A DNA stretch of 64,000 nucleotides from Epiperipatus broadwayi (GCA_028023455.1 JAQFVV010000002.1:9982001-10046000); one strand, 5' to 3'; numbered from the stretch's first letter, positions 1 through 13,324 are shown. Program-made: numbers and translations. Notes: a model not told the origin generated them from the sequence alone.

Positions 1-620
1 CCTTCATTTGGATGCTTCCATGTCCATTTCCTTTTAACATTTTTTTCAAAAAATGAATTCATAATATAAAGTTTTTCTTTTTCTGCAAACTCCACAAGTC
101 TATGTCCTCTCTCATTTCTATTACCATAACCAAAATTACCTACAGCAATTTCATCTTTCATTTGTCTACCAATTCTAGCATTAAAGTCTCCCATAACAAT
201 TTTAAAATGTTGTTTACTCTGATCAAAAGCCTTTTGTACATCCATATAAAAATCTTCTACTACTTCATCACTATGAGAACTTGTTGGGGCATAAACCTGA
301 ATTATCTGCATTTGGTATCTGCTATTAAGTTGTATAATTAATCTTGCAACTCTGTCCGATACACCATCAATCTCCACAATATTGTTCTTCCACTTTTTAT
401 TTATAATGAATCCTACTCCACTTGTATTTCCAATATGTGTGCCTTTATAATAAAGTATATGTCCACTTTTTAAATCAATTGTTTCTTCACCTTTTCTTCT
501 AACTTCACAAAGTCCAATAATGTCCCATTTAACATAAGACAATTCTTCTTCTAATTCTTGCAATCTTCCTTCACTTGAAAGTGATCTGCAGTTGTAAGTA
601 CCTAAATAAAAAGTCGTCAT
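1..620 (-). mobile_element. RTE-clade non-LTR retrotransposon, APE endonuclease domain; open frame running off the window edge
   Basis: Manual translation from ATG at 620 gives MTTFYLGTYNCRSLSSEGRLQELEEELSYVKWDIIGLCEVRRKG...GVGFII...IIQVYAPTSSHSDEVVEDFY...IVMGDFNARIG...NERGHRLVEFAE...IMNSFFEK...KWTWKHP with no stop in 206 codons. These are RTE-type endonuclease motifs. It is absent from the ORF track because there is no stop in the window. Confidence 0.92.
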
Positions 621-759
621 CAAATGGCATCAAATGGTATATAAATTACAGCTAAAGTCTGTAAATTTCTTGATTTTTTTTTGTAAAATTGAAAAAAAAA
701 AATATGAGAGTAATTAAAATTATAAGATTTTCATTTTTTAAAAATTTTGAACTATAACA

Positions 760-1020
760 AAAGAGAAAACGGTTTTTTTTTTTTTTTGTAGTAAAAAGAA
801 AATAACAACCAAACAACAATGCAGCTTAATTAGTTGCTGATTCAATTTAATATAGCATAAACTACCGAAAACATTCACACCAGCATACATAAATGCTCAA
901 ATCTAGGAAGCACATGGTACTCCATTTAATCAAAGTAGCCATGTGTTGAACCAAACGACCCACACAAACGAACAAGGTTATGCATGCTGAAACAATAATT
1001 ACTGATGCCGATCCTTGTAT
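760..1020 (-). promoter_or_regulatory. CpG-retaining segment with an initiator-like ATCAGT; possible minus-strand promoter or 5' exon
   Basis: Several CpGs in an otherwise CpG-poor background. GGCATCAGTAATT on the minus strand near 1003. No credible ORF. Confidence 0.3.
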
Positions 1021-4000
1021 TCAATCAAGAACATGTATTACAATTATATATTTCTCTGTAATAAATTTTATTCCTTAATAAAAATAAAAATATTTTCTTT
1101 ATTAAGTTTATTTTTTGATTTAAAGATATAAAAAAAAAAAGATATATAAGTAGATTTTATTTATTAAAAATATCATCTTTAAAACAGTTTTTATTATAGT
1201 TAATTAGAAAAACTATTTACCAAATTTTAAAATTAGGATAAGCAACATCTGATGTCAAGGATGTTGTTTCAATAGAAAGACAATTACTGTATTTTGTTTT
1301 TGAAATTCGCTGTCTATAAAACACTTTCAGACTTGAAGGGTTTAATTGTTTTTAAGAGTTTTTAAGTTAATTGTTTTAAATGTAATTAATGTGAGATTAT
1401 ATCTGCTTAGAGCTTGCATTAACCCTACAATGTATGAATCGCTGTTTTTCAGGTTAATGGGCAGATTTATCCACAACTCAGTAATGATCACCACATAGAA
1501 AGTTTTAAATTATTTGCTACCTATAACATCAAATGACCCAACAAAGCCATCAAGTGAGAATCTTATTTCATTTTTAAGTAGCTATTTAAAAAAAAAGTTG
1601 AAGAAAATTGCTTGGTAAATAATAATTTCAAAATCCAAAGAGCTAAACAGTATACTGAAAATAAAAACCACATAGATTAAGTCAAAAATCAAACTATTGT
1701 TATTTTATATAAAAAACTAAGCAAGAAAAGAATCAGGCTGAACCAACAAATTACAAAAAAGCTCTAAAATAATACATACTGAAAGAACCCTGGATAAGAA
1801 AAAATAAGAACTTTAATATTATTTTATCTACCTTTTAAACTATTTTGTATAATCTTGATTATTTCTAATAATGTTGAATAGTGGAATAACAACTATTTAA
1901 TATTCTTGAAATATACAGATAAATTTTGCAAAATAATATTTAAAATCCTGATTAATTCTGCCTATCAATAAAAATATTTAATTCAATCGAATGTATTATA
2001 TATATCATTATATATATATATATATATTGTAAACCTCCCAACATCAATTTAATATATTTTTTTGATATTTAAAATATAATTTTAGCTTTTCATCGTCAAT
2101 TTAGTATGTCTTATATATGTCAGCAGTGATTGATTAACATTTTGAATATGACATTTTTCATATGCTCAAAGAGCCACCTACTTATCTTGAGTTTCATGGT
2201 CTGATTGTAAAAAAGGTAAAAATATACACATATTATAGTTTAATTATCATGTCTAGATTGCAAATAGTGCCTCAAAATATAAATGTTGTTTTCTCTTTAG
2301 AATGTATGCATAGTTTAAGTTTACTTAAGCATATACTTAAGGCTATTTCCATTACAATGAGATATATGTTTGATTATCCAATGAGTTGCATGATTATTAT
2401 AGTCAGTTGATAATAAATTTTCTGCATTCTATTACAATATGAACATAGCTTAAAATCAGATCTAAAGTTAAACCATTGGTTTAGTATGTATTTCTTCATT
2501 AGTGGTGAAGAGTGCATGTATTAAAATATATTGACATCCATCTCTAAAAGTTAAATATTTTCTCTCTGATTCTGAATAATGACTTGGAAAAAAATATAAG
2601 ATTGATTTAGCTAAACTTGAGACCTAAGTCATAGTATAGAAACCAATTACACTAGCCATTACATTGTGTAATTTTTTTAAATTAGATTTTTAAAGTTATG
2701 ATCATAGAATTTATGCAAATATATGAAACTTTAACGTTGATAAGATTTTGTATTTAAAGACTATCATTAGGCTACATAATTGTTCAGTAGATAAATTAGT
2801 GGACAGAAAATTATTATTAATTGCATTAAACTTCAGATAAGTATTCTCTTTAACAAGTATTTTCATATCATTATCAAGCATACACATTTTAAATCAATAA
2901 TTCAATCCTAAATTTGGAATGAATACAAAAAATAACAAAATACATTTTGAAATATAATTGTGGAGCTGTGAAATATTGTAAAAATATTTAGCTTTTATAG
3001 AGGCTGAAACTTGATTATTAACCATAAGATCAAACCAATAAAAATTGTAAAAGCATTAATACCTAAACACTGTGTCTTGTAGCATTATAATCAGATAGTC
3101 TGATAATAGAACTTTATACAAAAATAAAAGAGACAGATTCTCAATCAGTTAATACATTAAATTTTTATTCAACCAAAAATGGTGGTCAATCTTTTTTAAA
3201 ATAAAAGGAGTATTTAGTTAGATTTATTACATATTGAAGTTACAATTTTTAATTTAAAAATATAAATTTATCAAAATCTTTTCTTAGAAATGTTTTAAAA
3301 CAGCTTCTACCATTATCAACAAAATGATTTTAAAAATAAGAATTATAAAAGGCATTGAAATAGTGTAATAGTTAGGTAAAACACTTTTTAAAGATTTCAT
3401 TGCAGAGCAAGAATCTGTTTAACAGCCATTCATGAAATATTGAGTGATTTTTCATCCTTCGTACTTTTAATTTAAAGAATATCATATCCATTTATTAAGT
3501 ATGAATGATCAAATAAGCTGGCTATGCACTGGCTAACTAAAAATAATAATTTTGTTTGACTAAAATCTAAAAAAATTTTCAATTTATTTAATGTGGATTT
3601 CAACTTTAGTCATAAAATTGATAGACCACTGCACACTCTGTCTGCCATAATACCTTTTATAACAGAATAAATAACCAATAAATATAATTTTATAAAGGAA
3701 GTAATTCTGCAATAGTTAGTTACATCTAAAATATTCAAGATCCTGTGATATTATTGGAAATTGAATATCTATAAAAATGATAGCAAGTATTTTATTTCAA
3801 TTAAAATTTTGGAAGTTAGGCAATGTATTTGTTCTCCAGTGATTTAACAAGTTTTATTGTGCAGAATGATTTAACATAAATGTCAAGTGACAGACTCAGA
3901 GTTAAAATTTACAAGCTCAAACTCATATGAATAATGTAAATAAATAAATAAAAAATTTGATTCAGATTAATGGAATTATTAAATAATCAATCTAACACTA

Positions 4001-4379
4001 AGGCTCAAAGATTATATAATTTCTAGAAAAATTTATTATACTAACATGGATCCACAATAACTTTGTGGCTACATTTAACAATGTCTAAAATACAAGGAAT
4101 AAATCCTTTATGTTTATATCTAGGATTTATTTAACAATGTATATTACAAAATGGAAGACAGATGGTTCATGGGACTGCCACTTAGTAGTGTCATTTTCTA
4201 GCATTTTTCAGAATATTGCTAAAGAAAAAATCATCTCAATACATCATGACTCATACCCTATAAATTCATCATGTTAATGACATATTTATCTGCACATTTG
4301 ATACAGTAATTTCTTAAATACAACAAGAAATCTCCAATGTCATGGTCTCATATTAATCTGGGAAAATGAAGATAGGCTC

Positions 4380-5050
4380 AACAGTATTAAATACCTGGAG
4401 TTCTGCATACAGGTGATTTTCCCACATTACAAAATAGTTATTAAACCAATACATGTTTACAGTTTCATCCATCCTGACTCTTGAAATATCATACACTCAC
4501 AAACTCATGGGTTTTAAAGCCTTCCTACATCGCAACCTTCATTTATGCAAGTTTGAATCAGACAGGAAGAACAATATCAGCAAGTACATTTCTGTACTGT
4601 GTAATGTCAAATATAAAAATTATCTACTTCTCCAAACCATCAGAAATTTTTATCATAAATCATGACACTCCTTACCCCCCACTGACTCTAAACCCTGGAT
4701 GACCCTTTCCTATATACCTAATATAACCCACTGCATTACTAAAATTATTACTCCCACCCATCATGCCATTATATGTGCAACACCTTCAATGAATTCTCAA
4801 CAATGCAAAAAATACCTACCAACTGACTTCCACCCTCAAGTAGTTTATAAGATCAAATGCCAGGAAACCACTTGCCTTTTCATTTATTATGAGAAATCTT
4901 GGACAAACTTATCTATGGTTATAGCTCAACATACATACCTATATAAAAAAACTAGAACAAATCCACATACAATATTTTTTGAACATTTCTCAATAACTGG
5001 TCATCCTTTTGTTCCTTTATCTGTCAACAGCATGTGCATTGAATGAAGCA
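4380..5050 (+). mobile_element. Penelope-like element remnant (RT C-terminus to GIY-YIG endonuclease)
   Basis: ORFs 4453-4665 and 4699-5046 read ...PWMTLSYIPNITHCITKII...VVYKIKCQETTCLFIYYEKSWTNLSMVIAQH, resembling the PLE LPYI linker and the GIY-YIG VYKI.C..C..YIG.T..L..RI.QH pattern. Frameshifted. Confidence 0.7.
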
Positions 5051-5419
5051 ACATTAAACAAAAATTAAAAAAGCATGGCATATGTCAAGTGACAAAAACT
5101 CTATCAATAGAAAAGAATCATGTGTAGCCCTCTCTAAGATATGGCCTATTCTATCAAATTAATTTTCATATTTAAATTTTATGTAAATTAGCAATAACAG
5201 TATATATGTGTATATCCATTACCACCTTCCAATTTATATTACATCTATGACTTGTAATAGTTGAAAGTCAGATAAGCATATACTGTTTAAAAATATATTT
5301 TATGAAAGCTTTTCTCTATTATTACAATTACTTTTGTTTGAAAGTTTGTAATGATAATGGTTTAGTTATAACTCTATGATATGCGAGACTGTTACAGTTA
5401 TATAATATTACTGTATATA

Positions 5420-6120
5420 AACTAAAAAACTGCAATAAATATAATGTCAGAACAGTTTTCCAAAGCTATATATATATATGAGGAATCCAAATCTTAACAA
5501 AACCTAAACTTAAAATGCTGAAAAATAAAAATTGCTTCTATGAAATACCATACAAATGTGGAAGGATATACATTGGTGAAAATAGTTGCCTAAGTAATTA
5601 AAATAGCACAAACTGATAGTACAGAAAAGAAAAATAGTTATATCTAAATTAGCAGACGATGTATATATTAATAAACAAATGTTTGGAAAAACATTAAAAT
5701 ATAGAACAGAGAGGAAAAAATACAAAGAAAAAATATATAAAGAAGCTGCTCACATGATGATGGTAAATAACTCTAAAAGCCAACTTACTGTGATAATTCA
5801 AAGCATTTGAAAATCATTCATTAATGTTGTCTTTAAGAAAAAAGTGGAAAAAATCAGGAGCACTGTCATAGGTAAATATATAAAACTTCTGTTGTCTGTT
5901 GACATTTATCTGAATAACTTAGTCAATTAGAACATCACCTTAGATATTCACATATCTAAAAGGCCCTGGTTTGATTCCCATGCTAGTACTGTCACTGATC
6001 AGGCCAGCAATATCTGAAGAAGAGAGGAGAACAATACTACTTAAAATGTGTGTATATAATAACCTGTATGTTATTGGTGAATAGCTTCAAAAAGTTTAAA
6101 GTTTTAATTTTTTTTAAACA
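5420..6120 (+). mobile_element. Second Penelope-like GIY-YIG remnant plus 3' UTR/pLTR-like tail
   Basis: Reads NCFYEIPYKCGRIYIGENSCL and EAAHMMMVNNSKSQLTV. The tail at 5920-6120 is similar to 59490-59680 and, inverted, to 59040-59120. Confidence 0.62.
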
Positions 6121-6351
6121 TTTAACAATAAATATTCCAATGTATAATTAGTTAGTGTATTTATTATTATAAATAATAATGTAGCTTAAATCTTGGCACA
6201 TGCACTTTACAGATGGAACACTATTTAAACTGAATACTCTTGTTTCCAAGCACAAGATAAAGTATTTATTATTATAATTAAAGTGTTAAAATGTTGACTA
6301 AGTTCAATGTTTTAAAAATATATAAAATTGATGTTGCAATAATTTACTTAC

Positions 6352-6548
6352 ACTGTTGCTGGCTGAGTCACATGACAGTGATCACCTTGATAAGGCTGAG
6401 GAGGAGGAGGAGGATAATATCCATGAGGAGGACAAGGGTCTGGTGGTGGATAATATCCCTGTGGAGGATAAGTTCCTGGAGGTGGAGGATAATTTCCTGG
6501 ATAAGCTGGATATGGCTGACTATATGGGGGTGGTTGGTGTGGATTCAT
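6352..6548 (-). CDS. First coding exon of a Pro/Tyr/Gly-rich-N-terminus protein (BRI3/LITAF/CYSTM/PLAC8-like architecture; family not resolved)
   Basis: MNPHQPPPYSQPYPAYPGNYPPPPGTYPPQGYYPPPDPCPPHGYYPPPPPQPYQGDHCHVTQPATV. A polypyrimidine tract and AG lie just before the ATG, and a GTAAGT donor starts at 6351 (phase 2). The segment is markedly GC-richer than its flanks. Confidence 0.8.
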
Positions 6549-7230
6549 ACTTTATTAAAAAAAAAAGATTTATAAAAGAATTATAAATAAAAATTGACAT
6601 ATGGGCAAATCTCTATAATAAATTTAAGTTCATAATATATTTATTTATCAAACATCTAAAATGGAATATACAAATTTAATGAATATTGTTTTATTTCATA
6701 TATAATAGCAAACTTATATTGTTGAAAAAGTAAACTATATCTAAGTTTCAAATTTTTTATGATATGAAATGCAGTAAATAACTCATTAAAATTAATTATG
6801 TTCATTAAAAAAATACTTTAATCCTATGGTATATTTTGGTCCTTATTAAGGTTTTTTGTGATCTTCAGACTTTGTCAAGAAGGTTTATAAATTATTATGT
6901 AAATCAAATTGATTCTATTTTTTACAAAATTTTTTGTTTGAATAGTACTATAATTATGAAAATTATTGTTTTTTCAAGCAATATAATTTTACTTTGATTT
7001 CAAATTTTGTTTAAATAAAAAAAATATAATTTCACAAAGTAAAACATTTGATTCCTAGTAGAATATATGCTCTACCTGTTGATGAAGCCGCCATCAATTT
7101 ACCAATACAGCAAAAAAAAAAAAAAACCCTCTATGATAAATTTCATATTTTTATAAAAAAAAATATCAAAAACCAGAAGAAAAAATTAAAATATATTTGA
7201 AAATATAAAAATAATATACTCTATTTAGAA

Positions 7231-7621
7231 AAGTATAGGGATTTGAACTCAGATTTTCAAGCACCCTTCAACTATCCACACTATCTCATACAACTGATAC
7301 ACATGACCATACACATGTAGAAAAGATAAATAATCACCAATATATGTATTTCATGCTAAACTAGCACTCATCAGTTGGTCCAGATTATCATCTCCTACAC
7401 ATATATATAATCAATGCTCAGTTTATATTAAGATAGCAAATCTTCATACTTTAATGGACAGGCTTCAATCCACTCCAACCTCCAACTTTTCAGCCATCCA
7501 TATCATTGAAAATCTGATGATGAAAACTCAAATCCCATGCTGATGCTAATATTATCAGTTGTATGAGATAGTGTGGATAGTTGAAGGGTGCTTGAAAATC
7601 TGAGTTCAAATCCATATACTT
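7231..7621. repeat. Interspersed repeat copy bounded by a 69-bp inverted repeat
   Basis: 7231-7299 vs 7553-7621 differ at 1 of 69 positions. The body is similar to 28021-28260 and, inverted, to 28509-28736. Confidence 0.9.
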
Positions 7622-8789
7622 ACAATTAAAGCTCTCACGTTTGTGAAGAGTGCCTGGTTTTCAAATATTTATTTAGAAAACAGAGCTGAAATTAATATAT
7701 TTAACAAATAAACAATGATTGAAAAACAATACTAATGGTGGCAAATGCCAATTTAATTTTTTCAGAATAGTTGCACTGATGATACTTATTGAAAATATTT
7801 GTTTTTTAATCATTGCTTGTTTTTTAAATATGTTATGTTCACATTTGTTTTCTAAATGAATTATATCATTTTCATGTTGTGTTTTTTTTGACTTTTAATT
7901 AATTTATTTTTTGTATAAAAACATGAAAGTTATCAATTAGATTTTTCTTTGCTACATTGATATGTGAATAGTGGGTCAATTAATGAGTAGAACACACATG
8001 CAATTAGCAACAACATTTGCTTGCAACAGTTAAAAAAATTGCCTTTGAAATTTAAAAACAGTGTCTTTCACTTTATTAAAGTGGAATACAATAAATAAAT
8101 ATTATTATACTATTAAGCAATAAATAGACAATGGTCCTTTAAATAAATAATTATTTTTGTTACAACTTTATTTTTAAAAAACCTGCAGTTATGTCTTCTT
8201 TGTAGTCTCTACTAAAGAAAGATATTATGATGAATTGAATATGTTAAATAAAAACATATTTATTTAATTAAAAATGTAATTATTAAAATCATAATTTTTT
8301 TCCTCAAACATATTAAATAACTTTGATTACATTTTTTTTAAAATTTTTAATTATATGTGAACAATAATATGCAGAGAGCTCTCAAGAGCACATTTGCCTT
8401 GAAAAATATAATTTTATCAAAATGATAACTGGTACTTCTATGAAGAATTTTGCTCTGTTTAATGATCAGACTCTTACAACAACCTGATTCATATTTCATA
8501 ATTATGAGAAATTCTTCCTTAATAAAGACTTTTTACAAAACATTTTCCTAAAGCCTGTTTAAATTAATCTTTTAACTGAAAAATGTTGCTTCTATATGTA
8601 TCACTAATTTTCTATTTATTTTTCGATCATATCCCTTAAAAATTCTCTTTGTTATTATGTCTATTTATAATTTTTAAAGACCTTTTGGCCTCCCAATGTA
8701 TGTAGCACACACTTATAGGCACATATGTTTTCTCTTTCTAAAACTGCTGCATTAAAACTGTAATAATAATACTTACATAGATTTCTTTA

Positions 8790-9032
8790 TTTAAAACAAA
8801 TTTCACATGATCACTATCTCATACTAGCACATAATTGTTATTAAACAATTCAAAACAAAGCAAAACTCTCCATACACAAGCCAGAAACTAGTCTGGGGAT
8901 ATTGGATGAGTAGGCACTAGATAGGGATTTTATGCACAAGCCTTCTGGCATCCATTGATTGCTCTTGTTGGCACAAGATGGCACTACTGTATGGAGAGTT
9001 TTGGTTTGTTTTGAATTGTTTAAAACAAATTT
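8790..9032. mobile_element. Fold-back insertion with 36-bp inverted arms and a 14-bp flanking direct repeat
   Basis: Arms 8841-8876 / 8988-9023 have 1 mismatch. TTTAAAACAAATTT occurs at 8790-8803 and 9019-9032. The GATGGCACTACTGTATGGAGAG core recurs near 30935-30957 and 47329-47350. Confidence 0.8.
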
Positions 9033-10099
9033 GTTGGATTTTCATTGTATAATTTACAAATATTATTTTGTGTAATTCATATATATTAATGACAGTCCAT
9101 CTGTCATTAATAAGAATGCAGTTTTTTTGTTTTACTTAAAAATAATTTGAAAGCAAAAAATAAAACTTAAAAAATATAAAAACTTTTTTCTAATAAAATT
9201 TAAAAAAGAATTTACAACTAAAAAAAAGTCAGGATTATTATTAATTTTATTTGGTATCACACTTTCTGAAACATTAATTCACAATATAATTATGTAAATT
9301 GTCAGAGAAATATCCAATGGTTAAAAAAAGTCATGTGACATTAATAATAATAAGGCTGTTCTAAATCACTAGATGAAATTATTGAAATCAGATTAACTTC
9401 ATTTTTACTCTAAAAAATTTAACAGATAGACAATGATGGATAATTAAAACCTGAAACTTAACATCAAAATATTTTAAAATACCTAAAAAGAACATTTTAT
9501 TAAAATTATAAATGAAAATATAAATTCTAAATAAATTGAAGGTTGTGAGAATTAATTTATTATGCAGACAAAAAAGTGCTATTAATTAACTTTGGCTCAA
9601 TAGAAATAACTTTTATAGTTTATAAAATATATAAATATACATAAATTAGATATTATTAAAGATTTATTATGATGTAAATAATGAGAATTAAAAAATAATA
9701 TTCATGTAAATAACCAGTGTTAACGTTATTTTAGATATTACTAGGAAACTATTAATTACCATTTGACAGTCCTGAGGCTAAATAAGTCTCCCTAGTAACC
9801 AATAATGGCTCTTTTATGCTCAGTTTATTTAGAAGTAAAATGTGATACATTAATATATATATCCAAATATGAAATCATCCCACATAGTTAATAAAAGAAG
9901 GACCATCCTCTGTGAAATAATATGTAAATATATTAGAGTCTGTATTTCAAAATAGCCAGCATCAAAATGATAATATGAACTCTAATTTTATTTATATAAT
10001 ATATTCACAAAGAGTGGTGCCAAATTTAACATTTGGATTTTTATTTCAGTTTAGCATTAGCACTGGGATTATATATATATATTATAATGGCAACCATCC

Positions 10100-11345
10100 T
10101 TTTTAAACAATTGGCAATAACCAGTTGACAGTAAAATGAAAAGCAAATATATAATATTCAGAAAATTAAATTTTCATCTAGGATCATTTAAAAACAACTA
10201 ATAGGTGACCATGTACATGGTGGAGTAACTGAATACAATTTATTTTTTAATTGACAAGTCAGTACTAGTCATGAGTAACAATCAAATTGAATATGCATAA
10301 AAACAAGTTTCCATACACATTCAATTATATTTCATGATCATTATTGTTCTCTACCTAATAACTGATTGCATTAATAAAATAAATAATTACCTTGGTTCAG
10401 ATGAAAAATAATAAAAAAAATTATTAATGCCAACAATAACTTTAATCTAAGTATGATAATGATATTGATTGTAAAAAACATTTACATATTTACAATTAAA
10501 AAATTATATGGCAGTCATGCATGAGGAAAAAAATATTAGTAACTCACAATCTTTTCAAAGATATCTATAGAAAGTCCACTTGATTTACTTTAAAATCTTT
10601 GTGAGCTCATATATATATATTGTAACTATAAATATGGCAACAGGATTATTAGTCATTAAATTATGATGTCTGCTGACAATTAATATTTTAGCTTCTTTTA
10701 ATTCCTTCCAAGGTAGTTTTCTTATGAGAGTTTCCATTGCACTTTCACAGATTCATTTATAGAAGTACATTTCTATGGGATAATAACTTTAAATGACTAG
10801 TTTCCTTTTATAGCAAGTAACTGTCAAATATTTCTTCAGAAATAATAATAGATTGGCAGACCCAAGATTCATTTTTAAGATATATTTTATCTGCAGCTCT
10901 ATATTCAGTTACACTACTGAGAAAATCAATGAAAGCATCCTGGAGGATTCTCTACTCCATAAAACACATGATATAAACTTAAAAATATTTTTAAAATGTT
11001 ACTGACTTGTATCTAGTACAAGACATATCAAACAAGTGTTCCAATTCTTCCTATGGTTTCTTGGAAAGCAAATGAGTTTTGAATACTTCTGTGGATTCAC
11101 ATAGCAACATTTTTATTTTTCCACCAGTTGTTTGTGACTGGTTTTAACAGCAATGTTTCTTTTATTTAAATTGTAATATTATTTTTAAAATAATAATTAA
11201 CAATATATTTTAGTTTTATACTTAGTCTTTTTAACATTTTAAAAACACTTTAAAATTTAATCTTGGACATGACTTTTGATATTTTGTTAACATAATTATA
11301 AAAAATGTTCACTTAAAGCAATCCTTGTAAACTCATATGTGAGAG
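10100..11345 (+). repeat. Copy 1 of a ~1.25-kb direct duplication
   Basis: Collinear with 13878-15143 throughout, roughly 80% identical by eye. Confidence 0.9.
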
Positions 11346-12195
11346 TTATACGTACCCCTGTTTCATTTAGGAATAAAATAGAGTCAATTTAGCTATAAAT
11401 ATCACTTGAGTTTATTTCTACATAAAAAGACAATTTCTTTTTTTTTTTTTTAATTTTAAAATAATATCATGCTTAGCCATACTTCTTTGGAAACAGACTT
11501 ACAAGCTGATATGAGCATAACAAGTAATGTTATATTTACAAATCCAGTACATTGGTATGTCTATAAAAACTGTTTCATTAGTTCAGTCAAAATTATCTTT
11601 TGGACCTGATCATCTGCCTGCAATATTAAGATGAACAATGAACTCTCCCACTGACAGTCAATATATTATGCTATATGAATAAGAGAGTTATCTCAAGTAC
11701 AAATATAATATAAACCAAACCATATAATAAACAATGCATTAAAATAAAGCATTGCACTACTATGAGACTTAGAAGCTGACAAATATCAAAATATGCCTGG
11801 CTCATTTTTGAGACTTAAAGCCTGATATAAAATAATATGATTGGGAACAACGATGAGATAAGAAATCTGAAGTATCCAATAAACATGACAACCTCAAGAC
11901 AATAAAACATTCATCACCAAAACAGGAAGCAACATGATCAACTATTAATAAACTCATAAAATTAATTTTGGTTTCTAATTATATAGTGTTTTTCTATACA
12001 TGCTTAATCAACAATGCAAAGAAAAGAGTGATATCATTTAGATTCTAAGCTCTGATATTTTTCTTTGACTATTTATCTATTAACTTTGTTGGAATGTAGG
12101 GAATCAAATTTGCATTTAAATATTTAAATATGATTTTAATATGACACAATAATTTTGTAATTTCTATTAAACATTTAGAGTATCAAGACAGTACT

Positions 12196-12240
<45 letters not shown>
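12196..12240. repeat. Compound (CT)n(AT)n microsatellite
   Basis: Directly visible. Confidence 0.95.
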
Positions 12241-12429
12241 GTTTACCAACCTTTCAATATTAAATAGAACATCATTATTATATCTAGTTCATTTGCCTTT
12301 TTTTTATTATCAACTATTGTGTTATCATTTGAAAAGTATAATTCATTTTTTTAAAACTAGTTTTATTTTTGATTCTCAGTAGAATCTATTTTTGTACTGT
12401 GTACTTAATAAATTACTTTTCCATTCTTC

Positions 12430-13311
12430 TCTATCAAGTACCATTGACAAATCCAGAGTCATCAACTTAGACGCCATCCTTACTTGTAGAAGCATTAAAC
12501 CTTGCCTATCTCTAAATAATTTTTAATCAATATGCAGGCTCTCACTTGAAATGATCTGTAATACCTTTTATAATCATTACTCTGATTTATTTTTTTAAAA
12601 AAATAATATTTCATTTTGCACTTTCTAGCTTTACATTTTACTCTTATACTCAGATAATAAGTTCTTGAGCATAATTTCTTATTGGATCATTTATCTAGTT
12701 TAATTATTCGCCTAAGCTCTGAATTTCTCTCTTCTAGTTCTCTAAATTTTAATTTGGGTGGTTTCCTAGTACTTTTATTGTATATCCTATTAAACAAAAT
12801 ACTTTTATATTTGACTCTATTAAAGTGATCTTTTTGATCATCCATTTTGTTTTTCAAACCATACATTTCTTCACTTCTACCTTCATTGTGTGTGAACTCA
12901 GATGCACAGTCACTTATAATGCAAGCATCACCTTCTATGGCTTCAGCATTAAAATTATTTAGATTATCAACATACTGAAAATTTTTAACTAATTCAATCA
13001 GGCATTCATCATTAGCTTTATCTTCTTCATCTACCATTACATTTTCTTCATTATTTTCTCTAATCTCATTTATCTGTTGGGATTTATCAGCTTTTGCTTC
13101 TGTAAACAAAATTTTCATTCTTCTCTCAATTCTTTATTTTGCTTTCTCATATCGTCTATAATCTCGTTAATTTCTGTATTTTGTTTAAACATGCTTTCCA
13201 TGTTCTCTTTAATTTTTGTAATCATGCCCATGATCATGTTTTTAAACTCACTAGGGTGAGTCTCAGTTTTACTTTTCTGAACTTCATTTTTGCTTTAGCT
13301 CACGTAATCAT
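12430..13311 (-). pseudogene. Decayed gag-like ORF, probably from a Gypsy-type LTR retrotransposon
   Basis: Starts MIT*AKAKM (TGA consistent with a CGA deamination). A coiled-coil stretch FKNMIMGMITKIKENMESMFKQNTEINEIIDDMRKQNKELREE frameshifts into ORF 12687-13118 (...KPPKLKFRELEE...), then IIKGITDHFK*EPAY*LKII. No protease, RT or integrase seen. Confidence 0.55.
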
Positions 13312-13324
13312 TTGGTCCTGACAG

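Noticed and set aside
3584-3653. Possible exon 2 of the Pro-rich gene (AG|G TAT TAT GGC AGA..., giving VYYGRQSVQWSINFMTKVEIHIK*)
   Set aside because: The phase fits, but the acceptor is weak and the peptide matches no expected domain.
6291-6586. Plus-strand ORFs 6291-6575 (Arg/Trp-rich) and 6356-6586 (acidic)
   Set aside because: Antisense shadows of the Pro/Tyr-rich exon. Only the minus frame has a start context and splice signals.
7514-7530. CTGATGATGAAAA as a hammerhead
   Set aside because: No stem II between CTGATGA and GAAA.
7553-7621. tRNA gene suggested by GAGTTCAAATCC
   Set aside because: A-box to B-box spacing is too short and no cloverleaf forms.
12687-13118. 143-aa ORF as a host gene
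   Set aside because: It is part of a longer frameshifted, stop-riddled gag-like reading and has no splice signals.
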